A stretch of 64,000 nt of DNA from Gemmatimonadota bacterium (GTDB lineage Bacteria; Gemmatimonadota; Gemmatimonadetes; Gemmatimonadales; Gemmatimonadaceae), in NCBI GenBank assembly GCA_016704465.1, contig JADJAD010000006.1:380021-444020 (forward strand). Reading direction: 5' to 3'. Below, in pieces: positions 37,969-46,080 of the stretch. The notes beneath the pieces were generated by a model. It had not been told where the DNA came from and made no database searches. It was given only the letters and a program-made list of their open reading frames with translations. The position numbers were made by a program, and so were the translations under genes. Numbering within the stretch: the stretch's first letter is position 1; each line of letters starts with the position of its first letter.

Positions 37969-38217
37969 GCCTAACAAGCGCTTGAGGCTGGCGCCAGCGC
38001 GCTCCGCGCGCTGGCGCTCCGTTGAAATGCGGCGCAGCTTAAGCGTAGCGTTGAGGATGTAGGATAAGTCGACGGTCGAATCCGAACCGTTCGTTGTGGA
38101 AAATTCGACGGCCACAGTTGCCCCAGGATCGACGATCGCCTCATCGATGATGGTTTCGGTATGGAGGAAATCGGATCAAGCGGCGGGGCTCGGACTTATC
38201 TTACAGCCTCGTTAGGC
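37969..38217 (+). other. Long attC-like composite (249 bp): GCGGCCTAAC ... GTTAGGCCGC
   Basis: The outer 10-mers are perfectly complementary. Internally there is a 12-bp GC hairpin (37990-38020) and a second pair of arms, GAGGATGTAGGATAAGTC (about 38054) and GACTTATCTTACAGCCTC (about 38193). This may be two sites enclosing an ORF-less cassette. Confidence 0.4.
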
Positions 38218-38233
38218 CGCTTCCCAATTGCTG

Positions 38234-39106
38234 ATGACTCGTCGCAGCTCGACGCTCTGGCGCCGCTTTGAACTGGTCGTTGCCTCCTTGGAGCGAGCGC
38301 TGAGTCCCCAAGGCGCGGTCGTTACGTCTCCAGATCGCTTGCGCGATCGGGTCACCGGTCGACTCCGCGAGGTGGACGCGACCGTGCGCATTGTACGTCC
38401 CAACGGAACCGAGGAGCTGACAGCAATCGAATGTCGACGCCGGAAATGCCGACAGGATGACCCGTGGATCGAACAGCTCGCCTCGAAGCAGCACAAGATC
38501 GGAGCCGATCGCGTGATCGCCGTCTCCTCTAGGGGATTCTCCGAATCTGCCAAGCTGTCGGCCAATCACTTCGGCATCGCTCTCCGCACACGTGCTGAGC
38601 TTTCCGACCCCCGCGAAGTCGAAAAGTTGTTCGCTGGCTATTCGTTGGCGGCAACCATTACGGACTTCCAAGTGTTCTCGATCGATCTAGTCGATCGTGA
38701 CGGGGTTCAGTTGCCTCGACACGAACTGGAAGCGCTCTTTTCGAGTACCTCACTCGATACCAAGTTCCTTCTCGACGAGAACGGGCGTCCATGGGGCTCA
38801 GCTGATGGCGTCTGCCGCAGGATTGGCGATCACGACGTCCCAGTCGATGGCACGCCAGTAGAGAAGTGGTCGACAATCATATTTCCCGCACGCCTGGCCT
38901 TCGTGCGCCTTACAAGCGGACTTCGAGAGCTCGGCTCAATGAGACTTGGAGTCCGCTTCGCACGATACACGCGCTCTTTTACGAAGTCCTATTCCGCCTC
39001 GTATTCATCGCTCGACGCGAAGCTGACGACAGTTCTGTCTGGCGACGCGGTCCTCGATGGCGGGGAACGACTGGTCATGACGGTTCATCTCGCTGAGCCG
39101 TCGTAG
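38234..39106 (+). CDS. Hypothetical protein with N-terminal PD-(D/E)xK (restriction-endonuclease-like) signature (cassette ORF 4)
   Basis: Track ORF 38228-39106. ATG 38234 lies 16 nt after GTTAGGC. The N-terminal 120 aa resemble Mrr-type nuclease cores: FELVV...REVDATVRI...LTAIECRRRK...VIAVSSRGFSESA. The C-terminal roughly 170 aa are unassigned. Confidence 0.5.
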   Translation: MTRRSSTLWRRFELVVASLERALSPQGAVVTSPDRLRDRVTGRLREVDATVRIVRPNGTEELTAIECRRRKCRQDDPWIEQLASKQHKIGADRVIAVSSRGFSESAKLSANHFGIALRTRAELSDPREVEKLFAGYSLAATITDFQVFSIDLVDRDGVQLPRHELEALFSSTSLDTKFLLDENGRPWGSADGVCRRIGDHDVPVDGTPVEKWSTIIFPARLAFVRLTSGLRELGSMRLGVRFARYTRSFTKSYSASYSSLDAKLTTVLSGDAVLDGGERLVMTVHLAEPS

Positions 39107-39147
39107 CCCGCCGCGGCCTAACGGTAGTTGGAGCAGACGGCGGAACC

Positions 39148-40390
39148 TGCCTCACTTTGGTTGACACTTCCACCTAACTGAGATCGGAGGTGTCTGATGC
39201 CACGCGCGGGGCCGAGGAAGATTCAGAAGTACAGCGATGCGTTCAAGCTGACGGCGGTGCGCATGACCCAGCAGCCGGGGATGCAGGTGAAGACGGTGGC
39301 GGCGGGACTCGACATTCACCCCTTCATGCTGTCGCGCTGGCGCAAGGAAGTGCGCGACGGCGTCATTCGTGGGCGTCTCCCGCGCCGCACACCGGCCGGT
39401 CCGTCCCGGGATCTGGTGCAGCTGCAGGCTCGAGCGAGCGCGCACGCGCTGTTGCAGGAGGAGCACGACCTCCTAAAAAAAGCCATCCGGTTCTGTTCCG
39501 CTCGAAGGCCGAAACGTTCGCCTTCATCGACACCCAGTACGCCACGTACGGCGTGACGCGGCTCTGTCGTCGCTACGGGGTCACGCGCGCCGGGTATTAC
39601 GCCTGGCGCCGCCGCCCCCTCAGCGCCCATGCGCAACAGGACCGGACGTTGCTCACCGAGATTGCGCGCGTCTTCGCCCAGCACCACGGCCGCTACGGCA
39701 GTCCGCGCATCCATCAGGTGCTGACGACGCGTGGCTGGGCGGTAAGCCGCCGTCGCGTCGCCCGCCTAATGTACACCGCCGGGCTCCGCGCCAAGGCGGT
39801 GCGCGGCTATCGCGCGAAGGTCGGCACGCATCGCTTCTACGAACAGCATCCCAACCGCGTGCGCGCCCTCGCCGTCCAGCGTCGCAATCAGGTGTGGGTG
39901 GGCGACATCACCTACCTCACCGTCGCAGGCGAATGGCGCTACCTGGCCGTCGTGATGGATCGCTTCTCCCGCCGGATCCTCGCGTGGACCCTGCAGCGGC
40001 GCCGGGACGCACGGGTGACCACGGCCGTCCTACGGACCGCGGTGCGACACCGCCGCCCCCCGGCGGGCCTCACGTTTCACAGCGACCGCGGGTCCGAATA
40101 TCTGGCCGCCCCGTTTCGCGATCGCCTCCGTGCGCTCGGCATTCAGCAGAGCGCCAGCGTCAGCGGTCCGGGAGACAATGCGCACATGGAGTCCTTCTTC
40201 CACTCCTTCAAGGCCGAGGCGGTCCGCGGCGTCGCGTTCGCGACCGAGCGCGCGCTCCGGCAGGTGCTCCGGCACTACTTCCGCTACTACAACCACACCC
40301 GCTTGCATTCCGCGCTTGGCTTTCGGTCTCCAGTTGACTACGAGTCGGAGGCGGCGTAGTTCCCTACGAGCTGTCAACCAAAGTGGAGCA
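39148..40390 (+). mobile_element. IS3-family insertion sequence (about 1243 bp)
   Basis: The terminal inverted repeats TGCCTCACTTTGGTTGACA (39148-39166) and TGTCAACCAAAGTGGAGCA (40372-40390) match at 17 of 19 positions and have TG...CA ends. The element carries the orfA/orfB transposase with an A7G slippery site. No clean direct repeat was seen; the flanks are GGAACC and GGATCC. Confidence 0.85.
39197..40359 (+). CDS. IS3-family transposase OrfAB (programmed -1 frameshift at AAAAAAAG, 39475-39482)
   Basis: OrfA (track 39197-39556) has an HTH region, SDAFKLTAVRM...FMLSRWRKE. OrfB is in the -1 frame (track 39190-40359) with a DDE core: WVGDITYL, FHSDRGSEY and NAHMESFFHSFKAE. Confidence 0.85.
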
Positions 40391-40519
40391 GGATCCCAAG
40401 GGATCTATCGTGTGCGCGCGGCTCCCCCGCGCGCTCTATCAAGTTCCCTTGCAGGTGAACTAGGACGTTATGCCGTCAAGTGAGCGTAGGTGCTCGCATC
40501 AACAGAGGGAGTCGTCGCT

Positions 40520-41347
40520 ATGTCGAACTACTCCGAGGCAGTGAATGAGCACTATGGCCCGACTGACATCTCCGCGCGGATCATCGAGAGGCTAAAGGAC
40601 GCGGGGAAGGACATCGGCAATCTCTCCCGGGACGATCTTTCTCCATTCGATGAGTTTCACACTGGCGGGCGAGAATCGACGCGCGAACTCGCTCGGTTCG
40701 CAGCACTTCGGCCTGGCCGCAAGCTTCTCGATGTGGGGAGCGGAATTGGCGGCCCGGCGCGTACCCTAGCGGCAGAATTCGCGTGCGAAGTAACCGGGGT
40801 GGATCTCACCGAGGAGTATTGCCGAGCCGCCGAGATGCTCACTGACAAGCTCGGCCTAGGGAGCAAGGTTCAGTTCCGATGCGCCAATGCCCTCGACATG
40901 CCCTTTGCCGACGGGTCGTTCGATGTTGTGTGGTCGCAGAACACCTTGATGAACATTGAGGACAAGATGCGACTGTTCCAGCAAATTCGTCGCGTACTGC
41001 GGCCTGGAGGGATCTTCGCATTCGAGACGGTCCTGGCCGGAACAACCCCCGATATCCACTTTCCTGTGTTTTGGGCCGATTCTCCGGCGCTGAGCTTTCT
41101 GCCCAAGCCCTCAGAACTCAAGGGACAACTATCGTCCGCAGGTCTACGCGAAACCGCGTGGGAAGATACAACAGCGCGATCGATCGCGAATCAACGGAAG
41201 CGCAAAGGAGCCATCCAACGCGACGGACCGCCTGTGCTTGGCCTAGGAGTCATTGTGCCGAAGGACGTACTTGCGAAAATGGACAATGTCCTCCGCAATA
41301 GCGAAGAGTCTCGAACCATGACAGCGCAGGCTGTGTACACCGTATGA
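40520..41347 (+). CDS. Class I SAM-dependent methyltransferase (cassette ORF 5)
   Basis: Track ORF 40490-41347. ATG 40520 follows GAGGGAG. SAM motif I is LLDVGSGIGGPARTLA. Also present: FDVVWSQNTLMNI and LRPGGIFAF. Confidence 0.85.
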   Translation: MSNYSEAVNEHYGPTDISARIIERLKDAGKDIGNLSRDDLSPFDEFHTGGRESTRELARFAALRPGRKLLDVGSGIGGPARTLAAEFACEVTGVDLTEEYCRAAEMLTDKLGLGSKVQFRCANALDMPFADGSFDVVWSQNTLMNIEDKMRLFQQIRRVLRPGGIFAFETVLAGTTPDIHFPVFWADSPALSFLPKPSELKGQLSSAGLRETAWEDTTARSIANQRKRKGAIQRDGPPVLGLGVIVPKDVLAKMDNVLRNSEESRTMTAQAVYTV

Positions 41348-41389
41348 CGGTTGAGTGCAACGAGCAAATGCAACACGCATGAATGCCAC

Positions 41390-41450
41390 GCCTAACCACT
41401 CGGTTGAGCCGACTTGCCTTCGGCAAGCGGCTCACCTCGGACGGTTCGAC
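41390..41450 (+). other. attC-like site (61 bp): GCCTAAC ... GTTCGAC
   Basis: The sequence is GCCTAACCACTCGGTTGAGCCGACTTGCC-ttc-GGCAAGCGGCTCACCTCGGACGGTTCGAC, an imperfect palindrome with bulged bases that starts 42 nt after the ORF stop. Confidence 0.55.
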
Positions 41451-41627
41451 ATCAGCCTGACTTCGCCGCTATTTCCAGCGATGTCTCATGCTCGTCCCAC
41501 CATTTCGAATCGCCTCCCGAAGGAACTAGCACTCATCTACCGCTGATAGCCTGAGGTGCATGACGCGTGCAGTCGACTCCTCAGGTAATACTCTCTCTCC
41601 GAGATCGCCACTTGGGCGCAGACAACA

Positions 41628-41654
41628 ACGGGCGCCCCTCATCAGGGCGCCCGT
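41628..41654 (-). terminator. Hairpin ACGGGCGCCC-N7-GGGCGCCCGT downstream of the 41680-43512 gene
   Basis: A 10-bp GC stem lies 26 nt beyond the stop and is followed on the - strand by TTGTTGTC. It also marks the right edge of the lower-GC island. Confidence 0.5.
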
Positions 41655-41679
41655 CGTCATTCACGTCTCGATCCGCGAC

Positions 41680-43512
41680 CTACTTGGACGCCGCCGCGAG
41701 ACGCCGGATCTCGCCGGCCATGGTACGCACGCGCGCACCGTCCTTCGCTCCAGCGACATCCTTGTCCACGTCCCGCGCGAGTGCGTTCAACGCGGTTGCA
41801 CGGGCGACACCACTCTTCATCTCCGCGATGTCGAGAGCGGAGGAGATGGCTGCCGTTCGCGCCGATGCGAGCCCGCTGTTCCGCACCAGCTGATCGAGAT
41901 ACGACCGCACGACAACGAACGCAGGCGGCCACGTCATCTTCGGCTGGCTCTGCGGGTTGTAGGCATCGAATCGCACCAGCTTCGCCGCCGCAATCTCGTT
42001 CGCCGACAGCTGAGCGCTCGGCGTCAGCTCCAGGATGTCCATCCCGCGGTCGAGCTCCGACGAGAAGATCAGGCCGTTCCAGTAGTACGCCCCCCACGAA
42101 CCGCCGATGGCATTGCCTCCGCCTCGCACGTTGGGATCCACAGGTGGTTGCGGCACATCGGCGCCCCGTGGAGGAGTGATGGAGCCGCGGTCGAAATACC
42201 CGATCTCGAAGGCCGAGTCGGCGCTGGTGAAGTCCATGATGTTCACGCCACCCTGATACCACCCCTGCACGTACAGGTCGCGCCCGGGCACCGGGATGAT
42301 CCCGCCGTTGTGCGATACGCAGTTCTCCTCGGCAGCCTGCGCCGATGGGAGCTTGAAGTAGGCACGCTGCGTCTGCTTCTTCTTCGCGTCGAGCGTGATC
42401 ACCGTGTTGCCGCCCAGCTCGATCATGCTCGACGCCTGGCACATCGGGCCGGTGCCGCCGCCCCACTCATCGGTCTGGATCAGCTTCTTCCCATCGTTGC
42501 TGAATGCCGCCGTATGCCGGCCCTGGAAGTTGTTCGTATCGGTGAGCGCGTCGAGGCGAACCGGCTTCTCTGGGTTCGAGATGTCCACGACGATCGAGTG
42601 CGTGGAGCAGGACGCCGCGAGCAGGTTCATCTCGGGATACGCCGTCACGTCGTGGCAATTGCGCGGTCCGGTCGGCATCTCCGGATCCGGCGCCGTGCGG
42701 TTGGCCATGGCCGCCTGCCGGCGCGGGTCTGCCGGTGCGCAGAACTGCTTGCACTCCCCCTCACCATCGAGGCCGGTGAAGATGCGCGCCCCCGGAATCA
42801 CGTGGGCCTGCTCGGGGTGATCGAGCGGCACCTTGATGATGTCGAGCTGGAAGAGCGAGTTCGTGGGGTCGGAAGGGTCCGTGCCGTTGTTGCACCCCGC
42901 CAGTTCCGTCTCCGGCCGGGCGGCCTGCTGTCCCGAGACGTACAGGTATATGGTCCGTGGATCCTTCGGGCTGGGAACCAAGGTGTGCGTGTGGGAGCCT
43001 TTGCAGGTCTGCACGTTCTTCACGAGCTTCGGCGCCTTCGGATTGGACACGTCGAAGATGCGCACGCCGGCCATGTGGTCCTTCGGATCCTGCACGCCGC
43101 CGTCGCCGCAATCGTTGCGGTTGCCCGCCCCCTCGGCGGACAGGAAGAGCAGGTTGCCGACGATGGTCGGATCACCCTGCGAGGTGATGCACTTCGTCGC
43201 CGACGCCATCACGGGGTTGGCGGGGTCCGTAATGTCCCAGATCGTGAAGCCGGCGAAGTTGGCCTGGTAGACGTAGTGCGTGCCGAATGCCAAGTCCGAG
43301 TTGATGTACTTCAAGCCGGCCGCCGAGTCGAATGCCGCCGGCTTCTTCACGTGCGACACCTGCTTCATGTTGCTGATCGCAATGCCCGCGTCATACCGGC
43401 CGGGCTTGAGGTTGCTTCGGGGATCCTTGCTGGTCGGATACGTCTGTGCCAACACAATCGACGGCACGACGCTGGTCGCCAGCAGCAAGATGAAGCCACG
43501 CATCATACGCAT
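41680..43512 (-). CDS. Secreted beta-propeller-like hypothetical protein (possibly LVIVD-repeat/COG5276-like)
   Basis: 610 aa with signal peptide MRMMRGFILLLATSVVPSIVLA. It is cotranscribed with a DUF305 gene. The family assignment comes from memory of this gene pairing, not from a clear motif. Confidence 0.45.
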   Translation of the reverse strand: MRMMRGFILLLATSVVPSIVLAQTYPTSKDPRSNLKPGRYDAGIAISNMKQVSHVKKPAAFDSAAGLKYINSDLAFGTHYVYQANFAGFTIWDITDPANPVMASATKCITSQGDPTIVGNLLFLSAEGAGNRNDCGDGGVQDPKDHMAGVRIFDVSNPKAPKLVKNVQTCKGSHTHTLVPSPKDPRTIYLYVSGQQAARPETELAGCNNGTDPSDPTNSLFQLDIIKVPLDHPEQAHVIPGARIFTGLDGEGECKQFCAPADPRRQAAMANRTAPDPEMPTGPRNCHDVTAYPEMNLLAASCSTHSIVVDISNPEKPVRLDALTDTNNFQGRHTAAFSNDGKKLIQTDEWGGGTGPMCQASSMIELGGNTVITLDAKKKQTQRAYFKLPSAQAAEENCVSHNGGIIPVPGRDLYVQGWYQGGVNIMDFTSADSAFEIGYFDRGSITPPRGADVPQPPVDPNVRGGGNAIGGSWGAYYWNGLIFSSELDRGMDILELTPSAQLSANEIAAAKLVRFDAYNPQSQPKMTWPPAFVVVRSYLDQLVRNSGLASARTAAISSALDIAEMKSGVARATALNALARDVDKDVAGAKDGARVRTMAGEIRRLAAASK

Positions 43513-43553
43513 TCAGGGTTTCTCCGGAGGAGGCAACGTGGGGCGATTCACTC

Positions 43554-44162
43554 TCAAGGGAGCTGCGACAGCAGGCGCCGCATGATACCTATTTCGGCGG
43601 TCTGGGACGTGACGACATCGTTAGCGAAGACATTGGCATCCACTTCCTGACCGGCGCCCGGGGACTTGAAGAGGTCGTCCACCATTTTGAGCGCGCCGGC
43701 GTGGTGCTTGATCATTCCGACCAGAAAGAGCCGGTCAAAGGCAACGCCCTTCGCCTCGCTCATCGCCTTGAGCTCGTCGTCGGTGAGCATGCCGTCCATC
43801 CGCATGCCATGCCAGGAGGCCGTGTCCGGGGCGAACTGCCCATGCCGGCGGAGCCACTCCTGCATGATGACGATCTCAGGCACCTGCGACTGGTCGATCT
43901 TCCGCGAGAGCTTGAGCACCTGCGGATTGGCGCCGTTCGACTCCGCCATCCGCGACATCACGATGGCCTGGGCGTGGTGGGCGATCATCCCCTGCATGAA
44001 CTCGACATCCGCCTTCGTATAGAGCGCGCCCTTCGGGATGACGATCTCAGCGCCCATGCTGTGCTTGCTGTGATCCATGCCCGCCTGTGCGACGGCGCGT
44101 GACGAGGCGCCGGCAAGCAGGCAGGCAACGGTGAAAGCGAGTATCGGACGAGACGCAGTCAT
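43554..44162 (-). CDS. DUF305-family (ferritin-like four-helix) periplasmic protein
   Basis: A signal peptide is present. The characteristic motifs occur in duplicate: FMQGMIAHHAQAIVMS and FLVGMIKHHAGALKMV. Confidence 0.8.
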   Translation of the reverse strand: MTASRPILAFTVACLLAGASSRAVAQAGMDHSKHSMGAEIVIPKGALYTKADVEFMQGMIAHHAQAIVMSRMAESNGANPQVLKLSRKIDQSQVPEIVIMQEWLRRHGQFAPDTASWHGMRMDGMLTDDELKAMSEAKGVAFDRLFLVGMIKHHAGALKMVDDLFKSPGAGQEVDANVFANDVVTSQTAEIGIMRRLLSQLP

Positions 44163-44270
44163 GGCAAATGTGCTCCGGAGGCAACCGACTTATGAAGCAC
44201 GCCGGCGGAGAATGGCGCAAGGGAGGACCCGCGATCTCGCACGAATACGTGGCGAGCATATGGAGCGTTT

Positions 44271-44741
44271 ATGCCCATCCGTGGGGGCCGGTGCAGCCGG
44301 GCGCCGGCGCCGGTGTCCCTTCGTGCCTCGTGCGCGCGGAACGCATTGACGCACGCCCTCCGCGCCATCGGCTTGGGCAGGGATCTGTCCCAAGCTCAGG
44401 TGACATTCAACGGATTCGCGAAGCGGTTCGTGATCCGTGACGCCGAAGGCATGTACTTCGTGCCCGTCGCGGACGTCGACCGCGTGGAGGCGGACGGTGA
44501 CTACGTGGCGGTCATCGCCGGGGGGCGACACCACCTCGTGCGTCAAGCAATGCACGTCCTCGAATCGCGGCTCGACCCGGCGGAGTTCGTGCGCGTGCAC
44601 CGGTCGCACATGGTGCGAATCGAGCGGATCCGCCGGGTGGAACCGTGTGGCCACGGCGAGTACGAGCTGACGCGAGCGGACGGCATCCGGGTCACCTCGA
44701 GCAGGAGCTACCGGGAGCAGGTGCGGCGGCTGCTCCGCTGA
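44271..44741 (+). CDS. LytTR DNA-binding domain protein lacking a receiver domain
   Basis: The LytTR domain reads KRFVIRDAEGMYFVPVADVDRVEADGDYVAVIAGGRHHLVRQAMHVLESRLDPAEFVRVHRSHMVRIERI. Only about 50 aa precede it, and only 108 bp separate it from the divergent DUF305 gene. Confidence 0.7.
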   Translation: MPIRGGRCSRAPAPVSLRASCARNALTHALRAIGLGRDLSQAQVTFNGFAKRFVIRDAEGMYFVPVADVDRVEADGDYVAVIAGGRHHLVRQAMHVLESRLDPAEFVRVHRSHMVRIERIRRVEPCGHGEYELTRADGIRVTSSRSYREQVRRLLR

Positions 44742-44768
44742 CGCGCTGACACCAGTCGCGCCCCAGGG

Positions 44769-44790
44769 GTGGCGGAGACATCTCCGCCAC
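44769..44790 (+). terminator. Hairpin GTGGCGGAG-acat-CTCCGCCAC after the LytTR gene
   Basis: The perfect stem lies 28 nt after the stop. There is no T-tract. Confidence 0.35.
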
Positions 44791-45390
44791 GACCCGCACG
44801 TGCGCCCCGAGCTCCCCGGACGCCGCGGCGCCACCTCCTACGCCTTCCGCGCCTTTCGCGCCCCCAGCACCGTCGCCTCCTGCTGCGGCGCCAGCGCGAA
44901 CCGCTGCGCCCTCTGCCTCGCCTGGCGCGCTACATCCGCGTTACCGCCACCAACCCCGCGCTGTACGCCGTGGCCCTTGCGACACCGCGTCTTCCGGGCC
45001 GGGCAGACACACGTGCGCGCGATCGGATCGCAGGCACAGTGTTGTGCGCTCGCTCCGCTCGCACCAGTTCCTTCGGCTGCAACTGAGCGTCGCTGCTGAT
45101 ATGACTTGGTTGTTGTCAGGGGTTGGGGCACGATCGTGAGAACAGCGTACAGTTGGACCGACGTGGGCGGGAGGCAGCATGCCCTCGCTGCTCAATTACA
45201 CGTCGGGCGGTCGCGGGCTGATGTCCGAGATTCGTCGTGCGACCATCACGGTCCGTTAATACGCGCACCATAGGCCGACCGGTCGTGCGCACGGGGATGG
45301 GAGTGGTGGCAGTGATCTGGATAGCGAGCAGCGCGAGCGCCGTCGGCACCGACGACATGACGGGAGGGCGTGACGCTTCCCACGGCACGG

Positions 45391-46008
45391 CTAGAAATTG
45401 AAACCGAAGTGCAGGCCCGGCTGCCCGTAGAAGAATCGTGGCCATCTATCGTCCACCTGTTTGAACGCATCTGGCATTCGTGACTGATACGGACGATGCG
45501 TAATGGCGATGGACGGTTGGAAGAACACCCTGTCCCTGAAGAGTCTCACGTGGTACCCGATGGAATACGTATTAAAGACTTGAAAGCCCTTGTCGATCTT
45601 CACATCGCTATCGTCTACAAACGTTTGCCACGCAGGCATCACGTCTACCTGCCCGAACCAACGCTTCCGGAAGAATCGTTGATAGTTCAGTGACACGCCG
45701 TGCTCCCGAATATGGCCTGGGAACCCTTCTCCTTCCGCTTCGAACTTGCTGCCATAGGGAATGCCGATCGGCCAGCCATATCTCCATGTCTTGAACTCGA
45801 GCGACACGACATCGTGTCCTGTGATGCGATAGCCTACGTTCAGGTAGGTCATCTCAGGCGGATTATTGTCAGGGACAAGATTCGCCAGCATGAACAGGGT
45901 ACTGCCGACAAAGTACCGCTTGAAGGTGCTGTCTTGTGCGGCGTACTGTGCTCTCGCTTGGTGAGGGCTGGCCATCATCACGGCCAAGGCGAAGACGACA
46001 GTTCTCAT
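45391..46008 (-). CDS. Hypothetical outer-membrane beta-barrel protein (low-GC gene)
   Basis: This is the inner part of track ORF 45391-46959. ATG 46008 gives the signal peptide MRTVVFALAVMMASPHQARA. The protein has alternating-hydrophobic strands and a C-terminal ...GLHFGFNF. GC is clearly lower than in neighbouring genes. Confidence 0.5.
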   Translation of the reverse strand: MRTVVFALAVMMASPHQARAQYAAQDSTFKRYFVGSTLFMLANLVPDNNPPEMTYLNVGYRITGHDVVSLEFKTWRYGWPIGIPYGSKFEAEGEGFPGHIREHGVSLNYQRFFRKRWFGQVDVMPAWQTFVDDSDVKIDKGFQVFNTYSIGYHVRLFRDRVFFQPSIAITHRPYQSRMPDAFKQVDDRWPRFFYGQPGLHFGFNF

Positions 46009-46080
46009 GTGTATACTCTTGCTTACTCGGTTTGAGAGCATGGTGACCGCGGCGCAGGGCGCTGCCACGTGTCGTTGGCA

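Larger units (their letters stand above)
39116..40473 (+). other. attC-like site split by an IS3-family insertion (115 bp without the IS): GCCTAAC ... GTTATGC
   Basis: The left arm GGCCTAACGGTAGTT... (39115-) is complementary to the right arm ...AACTAGGACGTTATGCC (to 40474), with extra unpaired bases. The IS occupies 39148-40390. Confidence 0.55.

Noticed and set aside
38021-38027. GTTGAAA as the core site closing a 59-bp attC that starts at 37969
   Set aside because: Beyond the central GC hairpin, the sequence to its left is not complementary to the GCCTAAC-proximal arm. The outer pair GCGGCCTAAC / GTTAGGCCGC fits better. This is kept only as an alternative in the composite-site finding.
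38060-38090. GGTCGAATCCGAACC resembling a tRNA T-arm (GGTTCGAATCC)
   Set aside because: The flanking bases do not form a T-stem, acceptor stem or anticodon arm. It lies inside the long attC-like composite.
39142-40396. GGAACC / GGATCC flanking the IS3 copy as a target-site duplication
   Set aside because: The two hexamers differ at one base and are longer than the 3-5 bp usual for IS3-family elements. The resemblance may be chance or part of the attC central palindrome.
44741-45391. Weak ORFs (e.g. 45116-45445 minus, MSSVPTALALLAIQITA...) in the gene-poor stretch after the LytTR gene
   Set aside because: There are no family motifs, the composition is atypical and the ORFs overlap one another. 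This is more likely non-coding debris at an insertion junction.
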